Source: Vitrella brassicaformis CCMP3155
Taxonomy: Eukaryota > Protista > Chromerida
Assembly (NCBI GenBank): GCA_001179505.1
Contig: CDMY01000302.1
Span: forward strand, 64,682-128,681
DNA length: 64,000 nucleotides
Reading direction: 5' to 3'
A model generated the notes under the pieces. It was not told the DNA's origin and searched no databases. It worked only from the letters and a program-made list of their open reading frames with translations. Shown piece after piece: positions 63,753 through 64,000 of this stretch. A program made the translations under genes and the position numbers. Position 1 is the stretch's first letter; each line of letters begins with the position of its first letter.

Positions 63753-64000
63753 GCGCCCAGCCACACAGATCTCTCCCGCCCCTCGGTCGCAAGCTCAAAC
63801 TCTCCAAGCAATGGCTCGCAGTGGGTTTTGTAAGAATAGGTGGGAGAGAGTCGGGGAGAATGGTGAAGAGAGGATCTGCCGGGCGGTCAGTCCCGGATAA
63901 AGGACTAAGTCAATGCAACGTAAGGTCTGTGGATTTTGTGGAGAGTCCATGTAGGACATGTAGTATGCGTCAGTCCATCCTGTCTGACGTCCTGTCCGCC

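Noticed and set aside
1-64000. Hundreds of overlapping ORFs rich in CV/HT/RE/LS dipeptides
   Set aside because: These are translations of intronic (TG)n/(CA)n/(GA)n microsatellites. Several listed starts are also non-ATG.

Overview
Eukaryotic, GC-rich, very intron-dense genomic DNA. Introns are short and packed with (CA)n/(TG)n, (GA)n/(TC)n, CAGA/TCTG and ATCC/GGAT microsatellites. This style, plus a signal+transit-peptide ClpP, suggests a chromerid alveolate such as Vitrella (inference, not verified). Most long ORFs in the supplied track are microsatellite noise, so genes were stitched from exons by eye and their ends are approximate. Conserved genes: Ctr copper transporter, ATD/DTD2-type deacylase, Hsp101/ClpB, a BK-type K+ channel, a PKD2 channel, cysteine synthase, a GRDP-like/ubiquitin-like protein, BCP1, plastid-type ClpP, a secreted repeat protein and a MATH-like protein. 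Between them lie accessory blocks of duplicated, shuffled and partly broken genes (about 0.4-10.2 kb, 29.9-41.2 kb and 49.8-54.6 kb). Best leads: (1) two intronless tandem PD-(D/E)XK nuclease genes with an organelle-type presequence, each lying head-to-head with Ctr sequence; (2) many introns with 5' AC and 3' GT repeats that could pair into stems; (3) an ATD-type deacylase outside animals; (4) a mosaic exon-shuffled cluster. No rRNA, tRNA or CRISPR array was recognised. There are two 300-N assembly gaps.
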